DNA from: Naegleria gruberi
Taxonomy: Eukaryota
Assembly (NCBI GenBank): GCA_000004985.1
Contig: GG738922.1
DNA: 64,000 nucleotides
Direction: 5' to 3' (one strand)
Below are positions 30,826 to 40,614 of this stretch, piece by piece; the stretch's first letter is position 1; every line of letters begins with the position of its first letter. A program made the translations under genes and the position numbers. The notes below the pieces were generated by a model, which worked only from the letters and a program-made list of their open reading frames with translations, had not been told where the DNA came from and did not search any database.

Positions 30826-31343
30826 TGTATCAGTAAAACACAAGCACAATCATCACAAATTCATTCATAACCATGGTCAACACCTTAAACCTTCCTTAAT
30901 TTGCACTCAATAACTTACAACACCTTGTTCTCTCATTTTTTTAATCGATCTGCACTCTATGGTTGTGTTGCAAACAGCCATGACTGTAAAGTCTCCCTTA
31001 CAGAGTCACATTGTTGCTTGGAGAGCTTTTTTAACGGTTTGGATTGTTGGCGCCACCACAACTGTTTCTGTTGGTGGTTCATTGCATGGATTTGAGGCAA
31101 GTCCATATACAGTAGAGGGAGGAGTTTACAATGAAAAGTTTGTTGAATAAAGTTAAGGATGTCTTTATTTGAATGTGTCCATACTTGATCCAAGAATGGA
31201 ATTAAATAGAGGTAAGAAAAGTTGATTGGTTTACAAATTTTAGCATCTGAGCAAGTGCTGAGGAATTTTTCATTTGAATATAAACTCAAAAGATGATGTT
31301 TATTGACTCAATAATCTCTGCCAAATTCCTCACACTATTTAAA

Positions 31344-31829
31344 TTATGGATTGACAATGAAAATTTCACCCATTACTTCCTTCAATTCATTTACACGCGT
31401 TTCACCAAGTCTACTTCTTGAATACTCACACTGATTCACAATCTCTATTGTATCTTTTAATTGATCCAAATTGGCGTGTAACAAATAGGTAATACATGAT
31501 TCAATCTTATCTAATGAATAGGTGCTACTTGGTGAAGGTGTTTTACCCTTGAAAATCAAGCTCAATATGTCGTGAGCAATGTCTTTGATCTTTTTAGATC
31601 GATGAAGGATAGAGCTTTGTCTCTGAGTTAATTGTTGTTTTGAAGATAGTGCAACGGAAGAGGATTGAGTACTTTGAATGAGAGAAGACAATTCAGAATA
31701 CAATTCTCTTAAAGCAGCCAAACATGGATTATGAGAGTTTGGATTATTGTTTATAATTAGTGGTTCAACATATTCTCTGCTTCTTGAAAGAATGTTGGAA
31801 TCAACAGAGTCTTGTTTAGTTTCTACCAT
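31344..31829 (-). CDS. hypothetical protein
   Basis: 161-aa ORF with predicted helical character and no diagnostic motif. Confidence 0.3.
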   Translation of the reverse strand: MVETKQDSVDSNILSRSREYVEPLIINNNPNSHNPCLAALRELYSELSSLIQSTQSSSVALSSKQQLTQRQSSILHRSKKIKDIAHDILSLIFKGKTPSPSSTYSLDKIESCITYLLHANLDQLKDTIEIVNQCEYSRSRLGETRVNELKEVMGEIFIVNP

Positions 31830-32008
31830 GTTTTTATTATTTATAACAGTGGTAATGGTAATTTTTTAAATGTGAATAGAACCATTATATATGAATGTAA
31901 TAGTCAATTTTCTAAAAATGGCAATCTTCCATTGTTGAACTTCCTTCTGTTAGAGATTAGCGGAAAGCAATACAATAGTACAAAACGGTAACTAGATTAT
32001 GAATTGTT

Positions 32009-35000
32009 TTATTTCAATTCCACTTCAGCCTTTTTCTGTTTAAACGATAATACTCCAATGAAATAAGCATGATTAAGAGGCGCACATTTAAGTTCATTTC
32101 TCACAGCAGAACATCCTGGATAAATGTATAATTTTCCTTGATATTTGCTATTGTCTATCTTGACATAAAAGACTTTCTTCTTATCTGCCAATACACGAGC
32201 AGCCTTGTCAATTTTAGAGTTCAATGTATTGGCTCCAAAAGGATCAGTCTTGTTATATATATTGAATACAACTCCTTTCATTTCGAAATCCCAATCAGCC
32301 ATACCTTTGATGACAAGGTTGCTATCAAATACACCTCTAAAAGATTTCTCTGTCAAACCCTCTATTGTAATATTTTCAAAATCGTATGATTTCCCATCAG
32401 ATATGTGCACTATTTCTGCGTAAGGTAAATGGTTTGAAGTGGAATCAGAAGAATCAGCAGAGAGAGGGGAATTTTGAGGAATTGGTTCGGTCTTTACAGT
32501 ATTGTTCACTGTGTGGCCTCCTAATCTTCTTTCACTTCTGTATGTTTCTGGGATGGTAGAATAGGATGCAGGAGAAGGGTTATCCAATCTAGGAGTGTAT
32601 CTTCCGTCATTATATCTACTATTGTTGCTTGAGCCTCTATAACTGTCAGTACGATCTGACCTACTGCTACTACCAGAATAACGAGAATAACTTCCACGAT
32701 CATCATACCCACCTCTTCCATATGAGCTATGATATGGAGACTTTGAGTCTCCATAATCTCTTGGTGAGGGTCTGTAGGAGCTGTGTGAAGTGTAAGGTGA
32801 TCTGGAGTCTCTAGATTCTCTTGGTGAAGATCTATATGATGAAGATGGTGAAGGCTTTGAGGTTGCATAATTAGATTCACTTGGAGAACGAGGAGCTGTG
32901 TACGATGATCCGCTATATCTGTTTGAGTTTCTATTCATTTCACTTGGAGAACGAGGGGCTGTATATGATTGCTTGGAAGATACATAGCTCGATGAAGATC
33001 TGTTTGAAGAATTATTGGATGAATTGAAATTGGACCCCATTTCACTTGGAGAAAGTGGTGCAACATAGACAGATGAGGAGGGTTTTTGTGTATTGTAACT
33101 GTTAAATCTAGTTGAACTTGTATGTGTATTACCACTACTGCTAAATCTAGTTGAGCTTGCATTCATTTCACTAGGGGAATGAGGAGCTGTATATGAAGAT
33201 CCACTGTATCTAGTGGTTGAATTGCTTGGAGTTGAATTGGTTATTTCANNNNNNNNNNNNNNNNNNNNNNNNNNNNNNNNNNNNNNNNNNNNNNNNNNNN
33301 NNNNNNNNNNNNNNNNNNNNNNNNNNNNNNNNNNNNNNNNNNNNNNNNNNNNNNNNNNNNNNNNNNNNNNNNNNNNNNNNNNNNNNNNNNNNNNNNNNNN
33401 NNNNNNNNNNNNNNNNNNNNNNNNNNNNNNNNNNNNNNNNNNNNNNNNNNNNNNNNNNNNNNNNNNNNNNNNNNNNNNNNNNNNNNNNNNNNNNNNNNNN
33501 NNNNNNNNNNNNNNNNNNNNNNNNNNNGTTTCAGCTGTTGGTCTATTTGAAGGAGAAACTGGTGGAACCTGAGTATTGCCAGTGTTACCATCACTACTAG
33601 AAATGTATTCTGTGGAACTAACATTTTGATGTTTTTTCTTATTCTTAGGTTCTTCGAGAGGAACTTCAGATGGATCAATACCTTTTGAGGATAAGAATTT
33701 GTTTCTATTCTCTAAATATCGTTGCTCCCTATCTTGTTGTGATTTCGTATGTTGCTGCATGAAGGCTGCAATTCCTCCTCCTCCGCCTCTTGATGTGGGA
33801 GTAGTTGTGGAGCTTGGTTTGGTTTCAGTTGTTTTGGTGGATACTGTGGGAGAAACAGTTGTAGCACTAGGTACAATATTTGGTGTTCTTTCCTCCTTGG
33901 TTGACTGTTTAGCTAAAAAACGTTGTTTATCCTCTTCGAACTTGTTCTCCTTATCTTCTTTTGCTTTGGTGTGTTGTTGCATGAAGGCTGCAATTCCTCC
34001 TCCTCCACCTCTTGATGTGGGAGTAGTTGTGGAACTTGGTTTAGTTTCATTAAGGGGCGAAATATTCTTAAAGGCACGAAAATTGGAGCCCGATTCACTC
34101 GGAGAAAGTGGTGCAACATAGGTCGAGATTTTTTGTGTATTGTCACTGTTAAATCTAGTTGAAATTGCATTCATTTCACTTGGAGAGCGAGGAGCTGTAT
34201 ATGAAGATCCACTGTATTTAGTGGCTGAATTGCTTGAAGTTGAACTGGTTGTTTCACTTGGAGAACGTGGTACAACATACGAAGATGATGAAGATTGTGC
34301 ACTGTTAAATATTTTTGAAGTTGTGTCTATTTGACTTGGAGGGGATACGTTCCTAAAATTGGCAGATGGAGTATTTTCTGATGGAGATCTTGGTGCTGTA
34401 TATGAAGATGAACTAGAGGGTACATTGATGGTATTAAATCTATTCTGAGTGAAACTGCTCGACGAATTGGTACCACTATTTGAAATTGGTGGATTAAATA
34501 TTTCATTATTTCTAATTGTGGTATGTGGAGATGATTTTCTGGCTTCACTTGGAGAAATTGGAGCTACAAAGGGAGTATTGGATCTAAAGCTAGTTGGCTT
34601 TGATCCCATTTCAGTTGGGGAGCGTGGAGGGATGTATTGCTGATTATTAACAACTGGTCCTTGAGTATCTACAATATTATGGGCTGAGGCAACTGTTTTA
34701 CCAACCTCACTTGGAGAAATAGGAGCTGTAAATAAAGGGGTGGTGTGTGTTGGTGGATTAGTAATGGTGCCTTGGCTGAATTGTGTTAAATATCGGGGAT
34801 CCCTTAATCTAGGATCGCTAGGGAATGTATTTAATCTTGGGTCAACTGGTACAAATGTAGAACTTCCTGGTGGCAACTTGAACTGTGGTGAGGTGGTTTG
34901 AGTTATTGGATTAGTTACTAAGGAAGAGCCAATAGTGGTTGATGTATTAGAAACTCCATTGTTGACACCAGTAGTAAATGCGTTATTACCAAAGGAAGAA

Positions 35001-35974
35001 TTGATTGTTGAAGAATTAGAAGGAGGCAAACTCATTGATGAATTGGTTGGAGTTGGGTTTGAGGTTGGAGGAATTTGTTGACCATTGATAGAGTTTGGTG
35101 GAATTTTAACTGCTTCCACAGCATTTGATCTATTAAGCCTTGGAATACTGATTGTAGATAAGGGTCTTTGTTCTGCAGGTTGATCACTTTGTGTCTTTGC
35201 TGCTGTAACAATGTTCCTCTTTGGAATTTTGAAAGGAGGCTGTTTCACACTACCAACCTCTGTTTGTGGCTTTTTCTTAACCTTAGAAAGAGGATTGGAA
35301 TCTTCCTTTGGAATATTTACAAGATTAGGCTGCTGTGAAGAGCTACCAGTAGTTGTGTCTGTCTTTGTCAACTTGATCTTTTTTGAATCTTGATTTTCTT
35401 CTTCCGAAGTAGAGTCCTCATCATCCATTACAAGCTTTTTACGTTTCTTTACCTCTGAATTAGCCTTCTTCTTGGATTCTTTTACTTCCTTCTTTTTAGT
35501 TTCCTTCCTTGTTTCCTTTTGTTTTGCATTTTGTTTTTTCCTCTGTGGCTCCTTTTTAGATGATGAAGAAGAAGAAGCTTGTGGTTGATGATGTTGAGGA
35601 AATTTGGGACTAACATTGTCTGTACTACTACTTCCGATATCGTCTGTGGATGACCTTTCGGGACTTGACAATGGAGAATCACTAGTTGTACTTTCCTGTT
35701 CCGATTTAATTGAGTTGATGCAGGTTGCAATTTCAGACTGCCTTGCTTCAAACTCTTCCACAATAGTCATCACACCATTTAGTGTTACATTTTCATAGGA
35801 TTCCCACGTACAATCATCGAATGGATAGTTGGCCCATTTGACGAGATAAAGTGGTTTACCTCTCTCGTAACGTTTTGCTAGAATAAATTCCGCATCATAG
35901 ATGCATTCATCTTCTTCTACCATTTTACACAAAATTCTGTGGTCAATTTTGATGTACGGAAGCCTATTTGTCAA
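32009..35974 (-). CDS. chromodomain protein with long (S/T)PSE-repeat region; CDS interrupted by assembly gap
   Basis: N-terminal chromo domain YDAEFILAKRYERGKPLYLVKWANYPFDDCTWESYENV. A K/E-rich basic region follows. More than 12 copies of YTAPRSPSEMN-type repeats flank the N gap. The C-terminal approximately 150-aa domain looks globular and is unassigned. Confidence 0.7.
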   Translation of the reverse strand: MTNRLPYIKIDHRILCKMVEEDECIYDAEFILAKRYERGKPLYLVKWANYPFDDCTWESYENVTLNGVMTIVEEFEARQSEIATCINSIKSEQESTTSDSPLSSPERSSTDDIGSSSTDNVSPKFPQHHQPQASSSSSSKKEPQRKKQNAKQKETRKETKKKEVKESKKKANSEVKKRKKLVMDDEDSTSEEENQDSKKIKLTKTDTTTGSSSQQPNLVNIPKEDSNPLSKVKKKPQTEVGSVKQPPFKIPKRNIVTAAKTQSDQPAEQRPLSTISIPRLNRSNAVEAVKIPPNSINGQQIPPTSNPTPTNSSMSLPPSNSSTINSSFGNNAFTTGVNNGVSNTSTTIGSSLVTNPITQTTSPQFKLPPGSSTFVPVDPRLNTFPSDPRLRDPRYLTQFSQGTITNPPTHTTPLFTAPISPSEVGKTVASAHNIVDTQGPVVNNQQYIPPRSPTEMGSKPTSFRSNTPFVAPISPSEARKSSPHTTIRNNEIFNPPISNSGTNSSSSFTQNRFNTINVPSSSSSYTAPRSPSENTPSANFRNVSPPSQIDTTSKIFNSAQSSSSSYVVPRSPSETTSSTSSNSATKYSGSSYTAPRSPSEMNAISTRFNSDNTQKISTYVAPLSPSESGSNFRAFKNISPLNETKPSSTTTPTSRGGGGGIAAFMQQHTKAKEDKENKFEEDKQRFLAKQSTKEERTPNIVPSATTVSPTVSTKTTETKPSSTTTPTSRGGGGGIAAFMQQHTKSQQDREQRYLENRNKFLSSKGIDPSEVPLEEPKNKKKHQNVSSTEYISSSDGNTGNTQVPPVSPSNRPTAEXXXXXXXXXXXXXXXXXXXXXXXXXXXXXXXXXXXXXXXXXXXXXXXXXXXXXXXXXXXXXXXXXXXXXXXXXXXXXXXXXXXXXXXXXXXXXXEITNSTPSNSTTRYSGSSYTAPHSPSEMNASSTRFSSSGNTHTSSTRFNSYNTQKPSSSVYVAPLSPSEMGSNFNSSNNSSNRSSSSYVSSKQSYTAPRSPSEMNRNSNRYSGSSYTAPRSPSESNYATSKPSPSSSYRSSPRESRDSRSPYTSHSSYRPSPRDYGDSKSPYHSSYGRGGYDDRGSYSRYSGSSSRSDRTDSYRGSSNNSRYNDGRYTPRLDNPSPASYSTIPETYRSERRLGGHTVNNTVKTEPIPQNSPLSADSSDSTSNHLPYAEIVHISDGKSYDFENITIEGLTEKSFRGVFDSNLVIKGMADWDFEMKGVVFNIYNKTDPFGANTLNSKIDKAARVLADKKKVFYVKIDNSKYQGKLYIYPGCSAVRNELKCAPLNHAYFIGVLSFKQKKAEVELK
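33248..33527. other. assembly gap (280 N) inside the chromodomain gene
   Basis: Run of N. It is flanked on both sides by near-identical SPSE-repeat coding units, which suggests a collapsed repeat. Confidence 0.95.
33740..34060. repeat. tandem direct duplication (approximately 224-bp period, 2 copies) within CDS
   Basis: The first copy (from about 33751) and the second copy (from about 33975) are near-identical, with the shared core gcatgaaggctgcaattcctcctcctcc(g/a)cctcttgatgtgggagtagttgtgga. Each encodes KPSSTTTPTSRGGGGGIAAFMQQHTK on the minus strand. Confidence 0.85.
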
Positions 35975-36213
35975 AGCCTAAAATTTTGGTGGTTTGAAGT
36001 GTGAAACGGTTATGAGGTGAGTTTGTTTTTTTTAAAATTTTCAAGCCTTTGAAAAACCGCGCCAAAGTCTCTATAAAGCCCATTACTTTGTTCAACACAT
36101 AAAGCCAGGCTTTGAGAAAAATCGAAGGCTTTTATTATCAATGTCTAAATGATTTGATTGGTTTTTGAAATCAGTTTACAAGATAAAAGTTACCATTTTG
36201 AAACAAGTAACAT

Positions 36214-38793
36214 TTATCTCAATGTCATCATGTCATTGCTTAGGGTATGAGTTGTTTGATTTGAAAAGAATCGACCAAATTGCTTTGATCCAAACGAAGA
36301 AGATTGACTGCCAGAGTGTAGAATGTCTGAAGCACTCGAAAAGATCTTCCAGAAACGTAATGTCTGATCACCAGCTGCTGAAACTACAGAGCTTCCATCT
36401 GGAGATTGAGCCAAATGCAATACTCTGCTTGTGTGACCAGTGAGCTCAGCAACCTTTCTCAAACTTGGATACTTCCATACAATCAATTGATTCTGAGAGA
36501 AACCATGAGAGGAAACAAGTTCCTTATCATACTTGGACCACAATAAACTACACACTTGAGATTTAGTATCCACAGAGTTCAAAAGAGCACCATTAGAAGT
36601 ATTCCAAAAGTGAATCTTTCTATCGGCTGTACCACCTCCAGAGGCCAACAAATTGCTCTGCCATGGACACCAAGCAAGAGCCTTAACTGCTGCAGTATGT
36701 TCATTGAATGTGAATAGAGCAGGCGAGAAGCTAGCACTACTAGCATCCCAAATATGAAGAGTATTGTCGTTACCACCTGAGGCCAATTGAGATCCATCTG
36801 GAGACCACTTTAAGCCACAAACTTCCTGGTTGTGACCTGAATAGACAGAAACAACTTGACTTGGATATTGAGGAATGGTTTCATGTTGATGAAGGAACAT
36901 GCCATGGCTATTAGAATGAATAGCACCTGGACCTATTCTTACATCGTGATTTAAAATCTTTCCATCTCTAGATCCAGATGAAAGAATAGATTGACAACGA
37001 GGATTCCATGAAAGGGAACCAACTCTTGCCTGATGACCAATCATTCTTCTTACCATGGTCTTTCTCTCGACGTTCCAAATCTCAATAGTGCAATTGTTTG
37101 TTCCTACAGCAATGTGATGACCATCAATAGTCCAGGCAACACTGGTAACCGTATTATCTGTTTCTTCTTCCTCATTGTCATTCGTTTCCATGAGCTTGGT
37201 AATATTTCCATTGTTTGCATCCCACAAATAGACAGTATCAAAGAGGGATACTGCCAATAAATTTTGTGAGCTCCAATCCAATAAATTTAAATAAAAATCA
37301 TCAACCAATTTTGGTGCATCGAGTATTCTCTCTGGAATTGCAGAAATAGATCTGTGTCGTGAGTTGGAACTGCTTCCTCCTTGGAGCAGTTGTCTCTTTT
37401 CCATTTCTGTCATTTGAGAGAATTGCTTGTTGCAGGAAAATACTGCTTGGAGCTTGTTTTGAATATTGGTATCAGCACTGGTTGGTGTTTGGCTACTTCT
37501 CTTTGGAGAGAATGGTACATTCACAGCATTACCTCTTCTGATATTTTCCTGATTGTCAAATATGGAATCACTCACACAATCTGCCGAGTCAGCTCCCCTG
37601 GTGCTAAAATCAAAGAAGAGATCCTGATCATCAGGATAGGATGTATGAATGTTGGAATTGGTTGGTTTGAATTTGAAAATCTTCTTTTCAGAAATCTTGG
37701 AATCCAACAATCTACTTTCCAAACAAGACTCGAATTGATATGGCATATTCATTTGTGAGCTGGTGGATGAACCTTGCTGACCACTGCTTGGAGATCCTGG
37801 TGTATTGGCATTTCCATCATTAGATGTAAACATTAAATGTTTGGCAATTTCCATTTCAGATTGGGTGCATCTTTGAGGTATAAATCTGTCAGCATGTAGA
37901 GATGGGGAATTTAGAATGACATCAAAGTTTCTTCTCTTCGAAGCAGGAGACATATTCCATCCAGCACTAATGTCTGTATTCTTCTTAGGTGAGGTCATAT
38001 TGGTTGGTGTGAAGGTTTTTGGAGTTAGAATAGATTCTGATAAAATTGCAGATGGATCAAACACTTCACCACAACTACTCGAAAAATTATCTTGCAAATC
38101 GTTTGAACAAGTGTTAACACTATTAGTTTCCCCAGCTAAACTTGAAAAATCCAATCGTTTCACAACTGATGGCTTACGATCACCAAAAGGTGCCACCACT
38201 TTCTTAGTTGTCTTATTGCAAGAGGTTAAACAATTTCTATCATTGACAAGCTGAGCACCAAGTTGAATCTTGAGCCCATTTCCAGGTTGAGGAATGTGTT
38301 GTTGAAGAGGAGCTTGCTTGAGTGGTGAGAGGGCAGAGTGAGGATGAATTCGTTTCTTATTATTTGGTGAGAGGGGATTATTTTGGAGGTGTAAATTTAC
38401 ATTATTATTGTGCAGAGATAGCCCATTGCCTCTACCTTTCACTGGAACATTAGTTACTAAATGACTTGGAGCAGTTCTTGGACATGTTGGACTCTCTGGT
38501 TTGTTATGTCTTGGTGTTTGTACAAGGTTTTGAGCATTAGGTGGCATTGATTGACCACTAAAAGGAAGAGAAGAGAATTGATTATTATTATTGGATCTAG
38601 GTGAGGTAAACAGCAAGGAATCGGTCATGTTACTTGTAGAGGTTGGTAAAGAGATTTTCAACCCACTATTCAGTACCAATGAATGTCTTTTGCTATTATT
38701 ATTATTATTATTCTGCTTATGTGGGGAAAGATGATCCAACAAGCCTTTCGTTGGAGAGGATGGCAAGGGAGAAGTGAGCAGGAGATTGGACAT
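36214..38793 (-). CDS. CDC20/CDH1 (Fizzy-related) family APC/C coactivator, WD40
   Basis: C-box DRFIPQR. Seven WD40 repeats with family-typical strings [29 protein letters not shown] and [15 protein letters not shown]-terminal ...TLR tail. The long S/N-rich N-terminus is like Cdh1. Confidence 0.85.
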   Translation of the reverse strand: MSNLLLTSPLPSSPTKGLLDHLSPHKQNNNNNNSKRHSLVLNSGLKISLPTSTSNMTDSLLFTSPRSNNNNQFSSLPFSGQSMPPNAQNLVQTPRHNKPESPTCPRTAPSHLVTNVPVKGRGNGLSLHNNNVNLHLQNNPLSPNNKKRIHPHSALSPLKQAPLQQHIPQPGNGLKIQLGAQLVNDRNCLTSCNKTTKKVVAPFGDRKPSVVKRLDFSSLAGETNSVNTCSNDLQDNFSSSCGEVFDPSAILSESILTPKTFTPTNMTSPKKNTDISAGWNMSPASKRRNFDVILNSPSLHADRFIPQRCTQSEMEIAKHLMFTSNDGNANTPGSPSSGQQGSSTSSQMNMPYQFESCLESRLLDSKISEKKIFKFKPTNSNIHTSYPDDQDLFFDFSTRGADSADCVSDSIFDNQENIRRGNAVNVPFSPKRSSQTPTSADTNIQNKLQAVFSCNKQFSQMTEMEKRQLLQGGSSSNSRHRSISAIPERILDAPKLVDDFYLNLLDWSSQNLLAVSLFDTVYLWDANNGNITKLMETNDNEEEETDNTVTSVAWTIDGHHIAVGTNNCTIEIWNVERKTMVRRMIGHQARVGSLSWNPRCQSILSSGSRDGKILNHDVRIGPGAIHSNSHGMFLHQHETIPQYPSQVVSVYSGHNQEVCGLKWSPDGSQLASGGNDNTLHIWDASSASFSPALFTFNEHTAAVKALAWCPWQSNLLASGGGTADRKIHFWNTSNGALLNSVDTKSQVCSLLWSKYDKELVSSHGFSQNQLIVWKYPSLRKVAELTGHTSRVLHLAQSPDGSSVVSAAGDQTLRFWKIFSSASDILHSGSQSSSFGSKQFGRFFSNQTTHTLSNDMMTLR

Positions 38794-39565
38794 TCTTAAA
38801 TTTCTATATTTCGTTGGAATTTAAATAATTATTATTATTAATAGTATTGGTATTAATTATTATTAAAAAGTGGATTGGTTATAGATGATGTTAGTTTGAT
38901 GAGATAATAAATTAATTGATATTTGTTGTATTCTTCTTCCTCTATGAAAAGTTTTGTAAATTTGAATACACAATGAAGAAATATAAATGTTCCTAAATGA
39001 TGCAATGCCTACCACGTGATGAGATAGCAAGGAGTGTATTCTTCTTCTTGTGGTGGATGGAGGTAACGGACAAGATAGAGAAGGGTAGTGTTGTTGATGT
39101 GGAGGCAATTCTTTTGAAAAATTAAATGTAACGGTCAGTTTTTAAATTTTTAAAAACATCAACAACTACTGATGGCGCACTCATCAACAGAAGAAAAAAC
39201 TCTAATTGAAGTGTAGCATCATAATCTCAGAAGATGAATATGAGCATCAGTCACTCTCACTCGATGGATTGTGCCTAAACTTGAGCTGTACATCATCATC
39301 GACAAGAATAGCTTCTCTCCAATCGTTCGTTTAATAGATAAACAGCAGAGATTGTATTCCGAATATTTTGAAAGCCTACAAGCTTTTAACCAACAATTTA
39401 TAATCCATCAATCATTATACTTATTTAATAGTAATTATTGCATGTTCCTTCTTCAACACATATTAATTTTCTAATTCTAATTTAAATTAGATTTTGAAAT
39501 TTATTGTCCACCACTTGATGATAATAGGATGAACTACAACAACAATAGAAACAAATCAAAAAAAG

Positions 39566-40535
39566 ATGTTACAAGATAATACAAATGATCATGAAGCAAA
39601 ATCATCATCCAACAATAATAATAATAAGGAATTATACACGGGAGAGTTTGAGAGAATGACCGAACACATTTATCGATTTACCTTTCCCTTTGCATTTGCC
39701 AAGTTGATGCCAACCTACACAGTGCCAACTTCATGTTTTCTCGTATATGATCCGAATCAGAGTAGATATACATTGATTGATGTTGGTCCGGAGAGTGTGA
39801 ATACTTTGGTTGTGAATGCTTTGTGTAAATTCTTTGATAGGGACTTTGAAATATCAAAGAAGAAAATTGATAAGGAACAGGCAGTCAAGGCATTGAAGGA
39901 AATTGACCATGTTTGCTTAACACATTTTCACAATGATCATTGTGGAGGTCTGAGAAGTTTATATGAATTGTCTAATAATGAACTGAAGGTGTTTATTCAT
40001 GAAAAGGAGGTGGATTATGTGAAAGATGGGAAAAAGTTTAAGGAACAAGCTTCAGAAAATTCTCTCTTTTCATTTACCAAGTACTTTTTTAAGAATCCTA
40101 AATTGGAAGTTCCTTGTAGCCCATTTGAGGGTGTTATGAATGCATACAGGACTAGCGAACAGCCATTGAGTGAAGATAGCAATTCTGAATCAAAGCATTG
40201 TTTGTGCTATTGCCATTGTCCTGGTCATACTGAAGGTCATTCGTGTTTTTATCATGAGGAAGATAGAGCTCTCATTTGTGGAGGTAAGCTTTCATTTTGA
40301 GAAGTATTCTCTAAATATTTAATCAATAGACATTTTGATGAATATCAAAAGTAAGAATACTGTAAAATTAGAGGGTTCACTTGCTCTCTCCTCTGTTAGC
40401 TCTACAAAATCAATTGAAAATGGAAAGAAATTAATTGGATCATTATCAGATAAAGTGGATTTGATATTACCAAGTCATGATTATTCAACAACAGGTCACT
40501 CTATAGATGTGGTTCAAAGCTTTTACAAGTCGTGA
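39566..40535 (+). CDS. metallo-beta-lactamase-fold hydrolase (2 exons)
   Basis: Exons are 39566..40283 and 40329..40535, with a GTAAG donor and TAG acceptor in phase 1. HFHNDHCGG is the HxHxDH zinc-binding motif. Confidence 0.65.
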
Positions 40536-40614
40536 TGATATTGGATAAGAAAAAAGCATTTTTCTAAATCATAGTATATCAAATATTTTGTAAATAACAT
40601 TAATTTTATGAAAT

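Noticed and set aside
30640-30849. ORF beginning MCLCFTDTMMMMMMMMGCMDN (poly-Met).
   Set aside because: It is in the wrong frame for the real TM2-domain exon. The poly-Met comes from an (ATG)8 microsatellite, the ORF ends exactly at a GTAAGT donor, and the TM2 reading is obtained in the adjacent frame.
33213-33678. ORFs containing long X runs (33213..33572, 33217..33600, 33241..33678).
   Set aside because: They are translated through the 280-N assembly gap and are artefacts.
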